From Nanobdellota archaeon (GTDB lineage: Archaea > Nanobdellota > Nanobdellia > SCGC-AAA011-G17 > GW2011-AR17), in assembly GCA_030018575.1 (NCBI GenBank), contig JASEIA010000001.1, forward strand, positions 1 to 42,492: a DNA stretch of 42,492 bases. Reading direction: 5' to 3'. This document shows, in pieces, positions 24,904 to 33,638 of the stretch (the first letter of the stretch is position 1; the number at the start of each line of letters is the position of its first letter). The translations under genes were made by a program, and so were the position numbers. The notes beneath the pieces were generated by a model. The model saw only the letters and a list, made by a program, of their open reading frames with translations, did not search any database and was not told where the DNA came from.

Positions 24904-25620
24904 ATGGCTTACACAAGAACTGACAGGGCATTGAACGGGCTAAGGCCGATGGAAGCAAAGGTTGGCGTGATAAAAAACGCAAGAGGCTCTGCAATGTTCA
25001 AGATAGGAAAGACAATAGCTTATGCAGCTGTTTACGGGCCAAGGGAGATGCACCCGAAATTCATGCAGAATGTTGAGAAAGGCACTTTAAGGTGCAATTA
25101 CAACATGATGGCATTCTCAGGCTCAGGCAACAGGGTAAGGCCCGGGCCGAACAGGAGAAGCAGGGAAATTGGGCTGGTTACTCAAAACGCCTTGGCTCCT
25201 GTTTTGGACTTGACTGAATATCCAAAGACAGTGGTTGATGTTTATATCGAGCTTTTGCAGACTGATGCAGGAACAAGGTGCGCGGGAATTTGCGCAGCTT
25301 CATTGGCCCTTGCTGACGCAGGCTTTAAGATGAAGGACCTGGTTTGCGCTGTCTCATGCGGAGTGGTTGGCGGAACGCCTGTTGTTGATTTGGATTATTC
25401 AGAGGAATCATATGACGAGGGATCTGTTGACATCCCGATTGCAATGATACCAAGGACAGGAGAGATAACACTGATGCAGCTTGACGGAGTTTTAACAAGG
25501 GAGCAGCTTGAAAAGGCTGTGCTGCTTGCAAGAGACGGCATACAGAAGATATACGAAGTGCAGAAAACTGCATTGAGGGCGAAGTTTGCAAATGGCAAGA
25601 TTGGCCTGGAGGGGGAGTAA
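24904..25620 (+). CDS. rrp41: Exosome complex exonuclease Rrp41
   Basis: RNase PH fold: RTDRALNGLRPMEAKVGVIKNARGSAMF and QTDAGTRCAGI. ATG lies 1 nt after the rrp4 stop. Confidence 0.92.
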   Translation: MAYTRTDRALNGLRPMEAKVGVIKNARGSAMFKIGKTIAYAAVYGPREMHPKFMQNVEKGTLRCNYNMMAFSGSGNRVRPGPNRRSREIGLVTQNALAPVLDLTEYPKTVVDVYIELLQTDAGTRCAGICAASLALADAGFKMKDLVCAVSCGVVGGTPVVDLDYSEESYDEGSVDIPIAMIPRTGEITLMQLDGVLTREQLEKAVLLARDGIQKIYEVQKTALRAKFANGKIGLEGE

Positions 25621-25622
25621 AA

Positions 25623-26393
25623 ATGGTTCCAAAAAGTTACATACAAGCACTTGCAAAAAAGAATGCAAGGCATGACGGAAGAAGGTTTGACGAGTTCAGG
25701 CAGCCTATTCTTGTTGAGTACGGAATTTCAGCAAAGTCAGCTGAAGGCTCTGCAAGAGTCACAATGGGAGACACTGTTGTTGTTGCCGGAGTAAAGCTGG
25801 AGTTTGGGCAGCCATACCCTGACACGCCTGACGAGGGAAGCATAATGATAAGCGCAGAAATGCTGCCTTTGTCATCTCCTGAATATGAAGGCGGGCCTCC
25901 CGGGATTGAGGCGATTGAGCTTGCAAGAGTTGTTGACAGGGGAATCAGAGAGTCAAAAGCCCTTGACTTCAAGAAGCTTTGTGTAAAATCAGGCGAGAAG
26001 ATGTGGATAGTCATGATTGACATCTACCCGATAAACGCTTCCGGAAACCTGTTTGACGCGTCTGCCCTGGCTGCTTTGGCTGCATTGAGGAATGCGCGCT
26101 TTCCAAAGGTGGAAGATGACAAGGTTGTTTACAAGGCCCTTACTGACGAGCCCCTGCCATTGTCATTCATGCCTGTAAGCTGCACAGTCCATAAGATTGG
26201 GGACAAGTTCTTGGTTGACCCGACAAGGGACGAGGAGCTTGCTGCTGATGCAAGGCTGACTGTCGCCTTTACTGAAAAAGGCGAGATATGCGCAATGCAG
26301 AAGGGCGGGGAAAAGCCCCTGACTCATACAGAGGTATTTGCCATGGTGGATTTGGCTGCCGCAAAGGCAGGCGAGCTAAGGAAATGTTTATAA
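25623..26393 (+). CDS. rrp42: Exosome complex component Rrp42
   Basis: RHDGRRFDEFRQPILVEYG, RNase PH-like. Confidence 0.9.
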   Translation: MVPKSYIQALAKKNARHDGRRFDEFRQPILVEYGISAKSAEGSARVTMGDTVVVAGVKLEFGQPYPDTPDEGSIMISAEMLPLSSPEYEGGPPGIEAIELARVVDRGIRESKALDFKKLCVKSGEKMWIVMIDIYPINASGNLFDASALAALAALRNARFPKVEDDKVVYKALTDEPLPLSFMPVSCTVHKIGDKFLVDPTRDEELAADARLTVAFTEKGEICAMQKGGEKPLTHTEVFAMVDLAAAKAGELRKCL

Positions 26394-26418
26394 AGGGATT
26401 GGTTTATCCATTTGAACA

Positions 26419-26655
26419 ATGATGAAGCTCACCAAGTACGAAAGGGCAAGACTGATTGGCGCAAGGGCGTTGCAGCTTGCAATGGGCGCTCCTTTGCTTT
26501 TGAAGCTGAAGGAAGCAGAGCTTGAGAAGCTGCATTACAGGCCTGTCTCAATAGCAAAGTACGAGCTTGAAAAGGACGTCCTGCCGATAACAATCAAGAG
26601 ACCTTTGCCTGTAAAGGTAGAGACAGAGCAGAAGGAAGCAGTAAAGGCTGCTTAA
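26419..26655 (+). CDS. rpoK: DNA-directed RNA polymerase subunit K (Rpo6)
   Basis: LTKYERARLIGARALQLAMGAP signature. Confidence 0.9.
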   Translation: MMKLTKYERARLIGARALQLAMGAPLLLKLKEAELEKLHYRPVSIAKYELEKDVLPITIKRPLPVKVETEQKEAVKAA

Positions 26656-26686
26656 TTTTTTTATTTTTTTAAGAAATTGCTTATGA

Positions 26687-27640
26687 TTAATTCAAGCTTC
26701 CCTTGAATTCCTCGGTAAGCCCGTAGACTTTCGGCCTTCTATTATTCACTATGAACGTAACCTGTTTCTCGGCAAGGCTGCTCAGCTGCTTTCCAATGCT
26801 TCCCTCTGTGGTGTTCAGGATTTCAGCCAATTGCTTTGCAGTCCTGTTGCCTTCCAATAATAGAATAACCATCCTCTTCTGCATTGGGCTGAAGCCTTCA
26901 AGCTTCTTGTCGCTGATAGGCATCAGGTTGTCAGGCAATTTGATTTCATCAGGCCTTTGCAAGTCTAACAATTGGTTTGCCTTTTTCTTTGTAAGAATGC
27001 TTCTTGCAGTGTCAATATTAATGTTGCCTGGCTCTAAGTTGATACACAATTGTTCGCAGTTTTCCAATATCTTTCTTGGATTGTTTCTTGCATCATCAAC
27101 TAACAAAGAAACAACTTCGTCAGAGAAAGGATTCTTCCCCTCTGTCCTCATTTCAATAAGCTGCTTTGCCTCTTCAAGCCCCATTCCGGAAAGGCGTATG
27201 ATTCTTCCTCCAACCCTGTTGGTGAAGCTCTCGGGATAATCCATCTTGTTTCCAATCTGAGCAATTGCAACGCTTTTCAGGACATTTCCGTCCCACAATG
27301 CCTTCATGTCCTTTACAAAAGGCTCGTCGCAGTGGTGCGCTTCGTCAAGCATAAGGACTCTTTTCCTGATTAACGGCTTTCCAACGTGCTTTTTCAAGCT
27401 GAATTCCTCGCTCATGCTTTCAGCGTTAAGGTAAATCCCTTTTTGAAGAAATCCCATCTGCCTTTTCAGCCATTTTAACAATGATGTTTTGCCTGCGCCA
27501 GGCTCGCCAACCACAATGCACATGTCGCCTGCGGAAACATAATTAAGCAAAAGCTCCCTCTCTTTCTCAAAGCCAACCAGCTCAGTGCTCCATTTGACTG
27601 AAAACGGATTGTTATTCCAGCCGTAGTGCTTATACCACAT
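26687..27640 (-). CDS. ExeA-like AAA ATPase with C-terminal winged helix
   Basis: N-terminus HYGWNNNPF, Walker A GEPGAGKTS, Walker B VLMLDEAH, and C-terminal wHTH RTAKQLAEILNTTEGSIGKQLSSL. Confidence 0.7.
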   Translation of the reverse strand: MWYKHYGWNNNPFSVKWSTELVGFEKERELLLNYVSAGDMCIVVGEPGAGKTSLLKWLKRQMGFLQKGIYLNAESMSEEFSLKKHVGKPLIRKRVLMLDEAHHCDEPFVKDMKALWDGNVLKSVAIAQIGNKMDYPESFTNRVGGRIIRLSGMGLEEAKQLIEMRTEGKNPFSDEVVSLLVDDARNNPRKILENCEQLCINLEPGNINIDTARSILTKKKANQLLDLQRPDEIKLPDNLMPISDKKLEGFSPMQKRMVILLLEGNRTAKQLAEILNTTEGSIGKQLSSLAEKQVTFIVNNRRPKVYGLTEEFKGSLN

Positions 27641-27754
27641 TCTATCCTCTTTTTAATAATGCCTCTAAGATGGATAAATAACGCTGATTAATAAATATAT
27701 CGCTTAGGAAAGAAATGCCCGCGGCCGAAATCACTCCCGACCGCAGGCACCTAA

Positions 27755-27878
27755 TGGGCCCCACGGGATTTGAACCCGCGACCACTGGTTGTCCTAAGCG
27801 TATGTACCAGTGCTAGCCATATAAGACCAGTGCTCTAATTGCCCGAATTTTAAATTCTCCAGGCTGAGCTAAGGGCCC
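27755..27878 (-). tRNA. tRNA-Ile (inferred anticodon UAU) with two putative introns
   Basis: The minus strand reads GGGCCCT-TA-GCTC-AGCCTGG[about 20 nt]TTA-GAGC-A-CTGGT-CTTATA[29 nt]A-ACCAG-TGGTC-GCGGG-TTCAAAT-CCCGT-GGGGCCC-A. All stems pair (two G-U wobbles). Confidence 0.8.
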
Positions 27879-27974
27879 AATCTTATCGCTGATAGAAAGG
27901 AATAAGGCAGATATTTAAATGTTTTGATGGGCTTAAGCATAACTTTATATAGAAATATTTGTTATAATACTAGC

Positions 27975-28427
27975 ATGAACTGCAAGAGGTGCAACAATAA
28001 CTCTGAGAAAGGGGACTTGTTCTGCAGGAAATGCGGGGAAGAGCTGCCTGCTGATGAGACTTTCCAGTGCGATTGCGGAGCTGAAGTGAGGAATGAGGAC
28101 AGGTTCTGCCATAACTGCGGCGCAATGTTTTCAGCAGGACAGTGCAGCAATTGCAATGCTGATTTGGCTCCAAACGCAAAATACTGCCATGAGTGCGGCA
28201 CAAAGGCGGAAGAAACATCTGAGCAGCCTTCAGAGCCTGCTCCTGAAACTCCTTCTTACAGCGAGCCTTCTTATTCACCTGATGCGTATACGCCTGAGAA
28301 AGAGGCGCCTGCTGACATTGAAGTGTACGATGATTTTGGCAATGTGAGAAAGGTATCACAATTCAAGGAAGAGCCGCCAAAGAAGCCGAATTACAGGATG
28401 ACAGGCGACGGGTATTTTGAGCCTTAG
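27975..28427 (+). CDS. Multi-zinc-ribbon protein with P/E/S-rich tail
   Basis: Repeated CxxC...CxxC units (CKRCNN..CRKCG, CDCGA..CHNCG, CSNCN..CHECG). TATA at 27944-27951, 24 nt before the ATG. Confidence 0.7.
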   Translation: MNCKRCNNNSEKGDLFCRKCGEELPADETFQCDCGAEVRNEDRFCHNCGAMFSAGQCSNCNADLAPNAKYCHECGTKAEETSEQPSEPAPETPSYSEPSYSPDAYTPEKEAPADIEVYDDFGNVRKVSQFKEEPPKKPNYRMTGDGYFEP

Positions 28428-29674
28428 GCAATCAAATAATTAGCAGTAGCTTTCTTAATCTTAACCTTAACTCTCTGCCCTAATTCAAGCTTGCCTTTCA
28501 CTACAACTAAAACATAGGAATCAGTCCTCCCCAGGCAGGCATTGTTTTTCCTTTTCTCATCAATCAAGATAAACATTTCCTTCCCAACTGCCTTTTTCTT
28601 CTCCTCCAAGGCGTTCTTCCTGAACACTTTCAGCATTCTGCTGCACCTTTCGCTTAAAACCTCGCTTCTTAATTGCTTCATAGAACCTGCTTTTGTGAAA
28701 GGCATTTGCCAATACCTGTTTAAATTCAATACAGGAGGCTTTACCTTCTCAATTAGTTTTACTGACTCAAGAAAATCCTTTTCAGTTTCAGAAGGAAAGC
28801 CGACAATCATGTCAGTTGATATTGTGATATCAGGCACATTCTTCTGAATCTCTTTAACAGTTGAAGAAAACTCGTCTGCCGTGTATTTTCTGTTCATTTC
28901 CTTAAGCACCTTGTTGCTTCCCGACTGTATTGGAATATGAAGAAACCTGAACATTTTCTCATTTTTAAAAATCCCAACAAGCTCTTTTGAATATTTCTTT
29001 ACAAACTGCGGATTAGCCATTCCCAGCCGCACTTTAAAATCCCCTTTTACTTCAAGAACTTTTGCAAGCAATGAAGGCAAATCGCTTCCAATGTCCATTC
29101 CATAGCAGCCTGTGTCCTGCGCAGTAATCCATATCTCCCTGCAGCCCTCTTTTACAGCAGTTTCTGTTTCTTTCACAATATCTTCAATTGGATAAGAAAT
29201 TAATTCACCCTTAATCGCTTTTACAGCGCAATAAGAGCAGTTTCCAAGGCAGCCTGCGCTTATCGGTATTATGCCTATTGCCTTGTTCTTCCTTATTCTC
29301 GGCGCACATAATTTTTTCCCTTCCTTTTTCTCAATAATCTCAACACTTTCTCCTTTCAAAAGCCCCTCAACAGCGCTGCAAACCAGTGCAATATTGTGCG
29401 TGCTCACGATTGAGGCTGAAGGAAACTCTTTCCTTATCTTTGGAAGCTGGTATGAAGGAATGCAGCCTGCAAAAACCAGCTTTCCTTTTGATTTTCTTGC
29501 GGCATTCATTCCCTTGTTAAAGCTAGGCCCTTTTACATTGCAGATGCTTATGATTGCAATATCCCCATCTGAATCAACAATATCATGCCCTGCTTCTTTC
29601 AAAAGCCCGGCCATTATCTCTGACTCGGCAATATTATTGCTGCATCCGAATGCAATAAGCTTTGCTTTTGCCAT
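28424..29674 (-). CDS. Radical SAM methylthiotransferase, MiaB/MtaB-like (archaeal type)
   Basis: N-terminal UPF0004 domain (LIAFGCSNN), radical SAM CLGNCSYC and a C-terminal TRAM-like region. Confidence 0.85.
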   Translation of the reverse strand: MAKAKLIAFGCSNNIAESEIMAGLLKEAGHDIVDSDGDIAIISICNVKGPSFNKGMNAARKSKGKLVFAGCIPSYQLPKIRKEFPSASIVSTHNIALVCSAVEGLLKGESVEIIEKKEGKKLCAPRIRKNKAIGIIPISAGCLGNCSYCAVKAIKGELISYPIEDIVKETETAVKEGCREIWITAQDTGCYGMDIGSDLPSLLAKVLEVKGDFKVRLGMANPQFVKKYSKELVGIFKNEKMFRFLHIPIQSGSNKVLKEMNRKYTADEFSSTVKEIQKNVPDITISTDMIVGFPSETEKDFLESVKLIEKVKPPVLNLNRYWQMPFTKAGSMKQLRSEVLSERCSRMLKVFRKNALEEKKKAVGKEMFILIDEKRKNNACLGRTDSYVLVVVKGKLELGQRVKVKIKKATANYLIA

Positions 29675-29705
29675 ATACGGCTTTTAAGAATCAAGGGGGT
29701 TTAAA

Positions 29706-30701
29706 TTACTTTTGTAATTTCTCGCGGGGCTTTTCCATGGCTAATTCCAGGATTTTATTGAGCAAATCAGCATAGTTCATGCCTTTTTCAGCAGAGGCCT
29801 TCACAAAGTCAGATTCCCCTGCAATGTAGCAGTTGGGGTTTGTGTCTATCACATAAACATTGTTGTCCTTGTCAACCCTCACGTCAACAGAGGCATATCC
29901 CCTGCATCCGAGTGCCTTGAAAGCAGCCCTTGCAGTGCCTTCAATTTTCTTTTTTAATTTTGGCTCTACCTCTTTTGCAATCACTGAGTCTGTGTTCTTG
30001 AAAACATTGCTGTTCTTGCTCCACTTTGCCTTGTAGCTCAGGATTTTAGGCAGGTGCTCGTCGTACGTGCTGTAATCAATCTCAAGCATTGGCATTGCCT
30101 CGGGATTCTCGTTTCCGAGAATAGGAATGCAGAATTCCCTTCCCTCGATGTATCTCTCCACAACAACAGGGCACTTGCATTCATCTATGACTGATTTTAT
30201 CCTTTTTCTCAATTTTTCCTCGCTGTCAACAACATTCTCAACTTCAATGCCGCAGCTTGCGTGCCCTATTGCCGGCTTGATTATTACCTGCGAGTTCAGC
30301 GCAATCCCCACTTTCTCATCGCCTGTTTCAAAAACCTGGAAATCAGGGGTAAGGATTCCATTTTCCATCAGCTTTTCCTTTATTTTTAGCTTGCTTATTG
30401 TTAAGTCTATCACTTCTGCTGTGTTTCCTGTAAAAGGGATTTTTGCAGTCGCAAGAATATTCGGGACAATTGCCTCGTCATGTATGTCCTCAAACCCGTC
30501 GCACAGGTTGAATGCAACATCATAGCCGTCAAGCTGCAGGGGCTTTGCCTTGTCAAACAGCATCGCGGCTGTCTCGTGCCCTGTCTTCTTGATTTCAGAA
30601 ATAATCAGCTTGTCAACAGGCCAGAACCTTTCTTCCACAGTTTCATTGTTGAATCTTGGTGAGCATAATACAAGCACATTCATTTTTTTTTCCGTCGTCA
30701 A
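29706..30701 (-). CDS. ATP-grasp ligase, D-alanine--D-alanine ligase-like
   Basis: IIKPAIGHASCGI, ERYIEGREFCIPILG, GYASVDVRVDKDNNVYVIDTNPNC. An alternative start is MNVLVL at 30683. Confidence 0.7.
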   Translation of the reverse strand: MTTEKKMNVLVLCSPRFNNETVEERFWPVDKLIISEIKKTGHETAAMLFDKAKPLQLDGYDVAFNLCDGFEDIHDEAIVPNILATAKIPFTGNTAEVIDLTISKLKIKEKLMENGILTPDFQVFETGDEKVGIALNSQVIIKPAIGHASCGIEVENVVDSEEKLRKRIKSVIDECKCPVVVERYIEGREFCIPILGNENPEAMPMLEIDYSTYDEHLPKILSYKAKWSKNSNVFKNTDSVIAKEVEPKLKKKIEGTARAAFKALGCRGYASVDVRVDKDNNVYVIDTNPNCYIAGESDFVKASAEKGMNYADLLNKILELAMEKPREKLQK

Positions 30702-30816
30702 ATTTTATTGCTAAATTTGCCTCTCTTTTTCTATGATTTATAATGAATCTTTCTATATAAACATTTCTTTTTTCATAATTTTTGAAAAAACTTTGTTTTG
30801 AATGAAATTACTTGCT

Positions 30817-30830
30817 GAATCTGCAGATTC
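30817..30830. terminator. Perfect 14-nt palindrome 6 nt after the AAA gene stop
   Basis: GAATCTGCAGATTC. Confidence 0.45.
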
Positions 30831-30835
30831 TGTTT

Positions 30836-32152
30836 TCAGTTTTCTCCTTTATCCCCTTTTGGAAATTCAAAAGCAGAAAGCTCATCTTCAGGAAACTGCA
30901 TTCTCTTGCTTATTGCCTCCCTGTATGCAGATGTATCAGGCATTTCTTCGCTTGAAGCACCGCTTATCATCTGCCTTGCGTGTATTCTTGCGGCATCAAG
31001 GCATATTTCCTCAATATCTCTTCCTGACATTTTCTTTGACATCTTTGCAAGCCAGCCAGACTCTTCGCCAATGTGCCCTGCATAGTGCCTGAATATTTCC
31101 GCCCTTTCTTTTTCGCTAGGGAGCCTGAATTCTATCACGTTATTTCCAAAGCGGCTTATCAGCGCAGCGTCCAAATCTTCCTTCTTGTTTGTTGCGCCTA
31201 TTATCATCGTGTTGTCTTTTGATGAAAATCCCTGTATGTGCCTGAGCAATACAGAAAGAAGCCTTCTTGTTGCTTCGTGCATGTTCTTGTTTCTTCCTGT
31301 TGCAAGCGAATCTATTTCATCAAGAAATACCATGCATCTTTCAAATTCAGAAGACCATGCGAATATTGAGCCCAGTATTTTTTCAGACTCGCCGTACCAA
31401 CAGCTCATGACTGATTCTATGGGGATATAAACAAGATTTGTTCCTGTTTCATATGCAATCACTTTTGCCATAGTCGTCTTTCCTGTTCCGGGCGGCCCTG
31501 AAAACAGAACCGCCTTTGGCAAGAGATTCCTGAGCCCTGTCCTTTCTTCAAGCCCCTTGTAAACTTCGGGATGCTTGAACGGAAGAATAACTGCGTCCTC
31601 AACAAGCTGTTTTACATCTTCATACCCAACTATTGAGCTGAAATTATATTTTTGATTTGGCTTGTAAAGAACCGCGCCAAGCTTCTCAAGGGCTTTTTCA
31701 GGAGCCATCTTTTCCTTTACTTTTTCAGGCATAGCCATCTTTTCTATGATTTTGAGCATCGCCTGCAGGTCTATGTCACTGAAATCTCTTATTTTTGAGA
31801 ACACTATTTTGTCATTTAATTCCTCGCGATACCTATTTTCAGGCATTAATGTTACTGAAAAATATTTGTCTTTCTGCTCTTCTGCTTTTTCGCCGTATCC
31901 ATACTTATTTCCCACTATAACGCTGTATCCCCATCCGCAGTCTATAGCCACATTTTGTTTGTAAACACTGGTCATTATGTCTGCAATATTTGTAAGAAAT
32001 GCCCTGCCTGCCGCAGCATAAAATATAATCTTTATGTCTCCATCTTCATATTTAAATTCGGGCTTTGAAACAGCAAGTGTTTCTGCTTTTGTTGTCTTGA
32101 CTATTTCTTCAAGGCAGTTGTTCACAGCCATTTTTACTTTTTCAAATTCCAT
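30836..32152 (-). CDS. AAA+ ATPase (classical AAA clade) with an unknown N-terminal domain of about 200 aa
   Basis: Walker A GPPGTGKTT, Walker B VFLDEIDS, second region of homology ATNKKEDLDAALISRF. Start ATG 32152 is preceded by GGAGGA. Confidence 0.85.
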   Translation of the reverse strand: MEFEKVKMAVNNCLEEIVKTTKAETLAVSKPEFKYEDGDIKIIFYAAAGRAFLTNIADIMTSVYKQNVAIDCGWGYSVIVGNKYGYGEKAEEQKDKYFSVTLMPENRYREELNDKIVFSKIRDFSDIDLQAMLKIIEKMAMPEKVKEKMAPEKALEKLGAVLYKPNQKYNFSSIVGYEDVKQLVEDAVILPFKHPEVYKGLEERTGLRNLLPKAVLFSGPPGTGKTTMAKVIAYETGTNLVYIPIESVMSCWYGESEKILGSIFAWSSEFERCMVFLDEIDSLATGRNKNMHEATRRLLSVLLRHIQGFSSKDNTMIIGATNKKEDLDAALISRFGNNVIEFRLPSEKERAEIFRHYAGHIGEESGWLAKMSKKMSGRDIEEICLDAARIHARQMISGASSEEMPDTSAYREAISKRMQFPEDELSAFEFPKGDKGEN

Positions 32153-32171
32153 TTTTTCCTCCGTTATCTTA

Positions 32172-32450
32172 TTATTCAGGCAATTGGAAAGAATCGTCAG
32201 GGCCTTCTGTCGGCGGCTCAAGCATCTTTGTGACTGCGTCAACCTGGTCTGAAGGAATCTGGTATCCTGCAACCCTTCGCTCCAAAGCGTCTACCTGCAG
32301 CCCTGCGATTGATGCTGTGGAAGCAAGGACAATTGCTGTCTGCGGAATTTCTGCCATTGATGCCCTATCTGTTCCAGCATGCGTGATAGGATAACCATTT
32401 CTTTTTTCTTCTTCTTTTGTAGGCGTCCTTACTTCTATTTCTTTTGCCAT
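32172..32450 (-). CDS. Hypothetical 92-aa protein with an acidic, Glu-terminated tail
   Basis: MAKEIEV...LEPPTEGPDDSFQLPE-stop. GGGGGT before the ATG. Its stop is 19 nt before the AAA gene start, so the two are probably co-transcribed. Confidence 0.55.
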   Translation of the reverse strand: MAKEIEVRTPTKEEEKRNGYPITHAGTDRASMAEIPQTAIVLASTASIAGLQVDALERRVAGYQIPSDQVDAVTKMLEPPTEGPDDSFQLPE

Positions 32451-32551
32451 ATACCCCCTAAACATGATTTTTTAACTCATTTTAGGATATTCCACCCATA
32501 TATAAACCTTTTGCTATAATGACATTTAGAAAGTAGTTACAACATTCAGCA

Positions 32552-32797
32552 TTAAATTTCCCATGACTTTTCCTGCAATTCCATGGCAACAGCCTGTTCT
32601 GCATCCTCTTTTTTTATTGTCTTCCTGCCGTGCGAGACTGCCTCTTCCCTTGCCCTGCGTATAAGCTTCCCTGCAGATGATTCAAGGGCAGTTTCCAGCA
32701 CGTCCAGCGCGCCGGGGCTGACTCTTTCTTTCCCATCTTCCTTAAACTCCCTAAGAAGCCCGGATATGTTAATTAATGCATTAACCTTTTTTGCCAT
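32552..32797 (-). CDS. Histone-fold protein (archaeal histone/DUF1931-like)
   Basis: ERVSPGALDVLETALESSAGKLIRRAREEAVSHGRKTIKKEDAEQAV parallels the archaeal histone alpha2-L2-alpha3 region (..HAGRKTIKAEDIELAV). Confidence 0.6.
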   Translation of the reverse strand: MAKKVNALINISGLLREFKEDGKERVSPGALDVLETALESSAGKLIRRAREEAVSHGRKTIKKEDAEQAVAMELQEKSWEI

Positions 32798-32812
32798 TTT
32801 TATAACCTTTTA

Positions 32813-33346
32813 CTAATGTATTAATACAAACATTTTCTTGAATTTTACGCCCATATTAAGCAAAAGCCTTTCAAATATATTCTCTTCGCTGACAGGCACT
32901 GCAAACACTTGGTTGGCAAGCCAATAGCCCCCTTTTTGCTCCACCAGCCCCTTTTCACCTGCCTTTCCCCTTAAGGCGTTTACAGCCATTACTTTTGCCG
33001 ACGGAGCCATGCCTTTCAGCTCATAAGCAAACATTGCTTTGGCAATAAACCTGTAATCCTCGCAGAAAGGCCTGTTTTTTTTAAGGCTGTATCCTTCCCT
33101 GAGCAATGTGTTGACAAGGGAGGGCGGGTTAAGGACAAAATCTTCCGGCTTCAAGCGGCTTATGTGAAATCCGCCAATGCTGTATTTTGTGTCTTTTCCG
33201 GAAATAACAGCTATGTCAATATCATTCGGCTCAGCCTTTCCTTTTGCAAATGAGCCGAATAGGATAATGTCATAAACATCCTTGTCTTTAAGGACATTTT
33301 TCAGCTTATTTCTTATTAAAGGCAAGCTGTTTAAGCTCATAAGCAT
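32813..33346 (-). CDS. Minimal nucleotidyltransferase (MNT)
   Basis: IILFGSFAKGKAEPNDIDIAVISG. Confidence 0.75.
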   Translation of the reverse strand: MLMSLNSLPLIRNKLKNVLKDKDVYDIILFGSFAKGKAEPNDIDIAVISGKDTKYSIGGFHISRLKPEDFVLNPPSLVNTLLREGYSLKKNRPFCEDYRFIAKAMFAYELKGMAPSAKVMAVNALRGKAGEKGLVEQKGGYWLANQVFAVPVSEENIFERLLLNMGVKFKKMFVLIH

Positions 33347-33638
33347 ACTCCCTCATTTTTAGCGCCTGCATTTTGTCCATGCGCAGGTTATACGATTTTG
33401 TGTAATCTTCAAAAAGCCCGGAAACCTTGCTATAGATATCCTTGAAGTGGCTTCTTAGTATGGAAAACCTTTCATTATGATTTTTTGGCAGGATTCTCAT
33501 ATCTTTATATATAAGATAATCGCAGATTATCGCAACTGCCTTGAAAAAATCCGACACCGCGGCATTATACCTCTTTTTTTTGAGGTTGTCTTCGCCGGAC
33601 TGCATGAATTCCTCCGCATTTATCCTGAGCTCTTCCAT
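33306..33638 (-). CDS. HEPN domain protein
   Basis: AEEFMQSGEDNLKKKRYNAAVSDFFKAVAIICDYLIY, a typical HEPN N-terminal helix pair. It sits upstream of and overlaps the MNT gene. Confidence 0.65.
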   Translation of the reverse strand: MEELRINAEEFMQSGEDNLKKKRYNAAVSDFFKAVAIICDYLIYKDMRILPKNHNERFSILRSHFKDIYSKVSGLFEDYTKSYNLRMDKMQALKMREYAYELKQLAFNKK

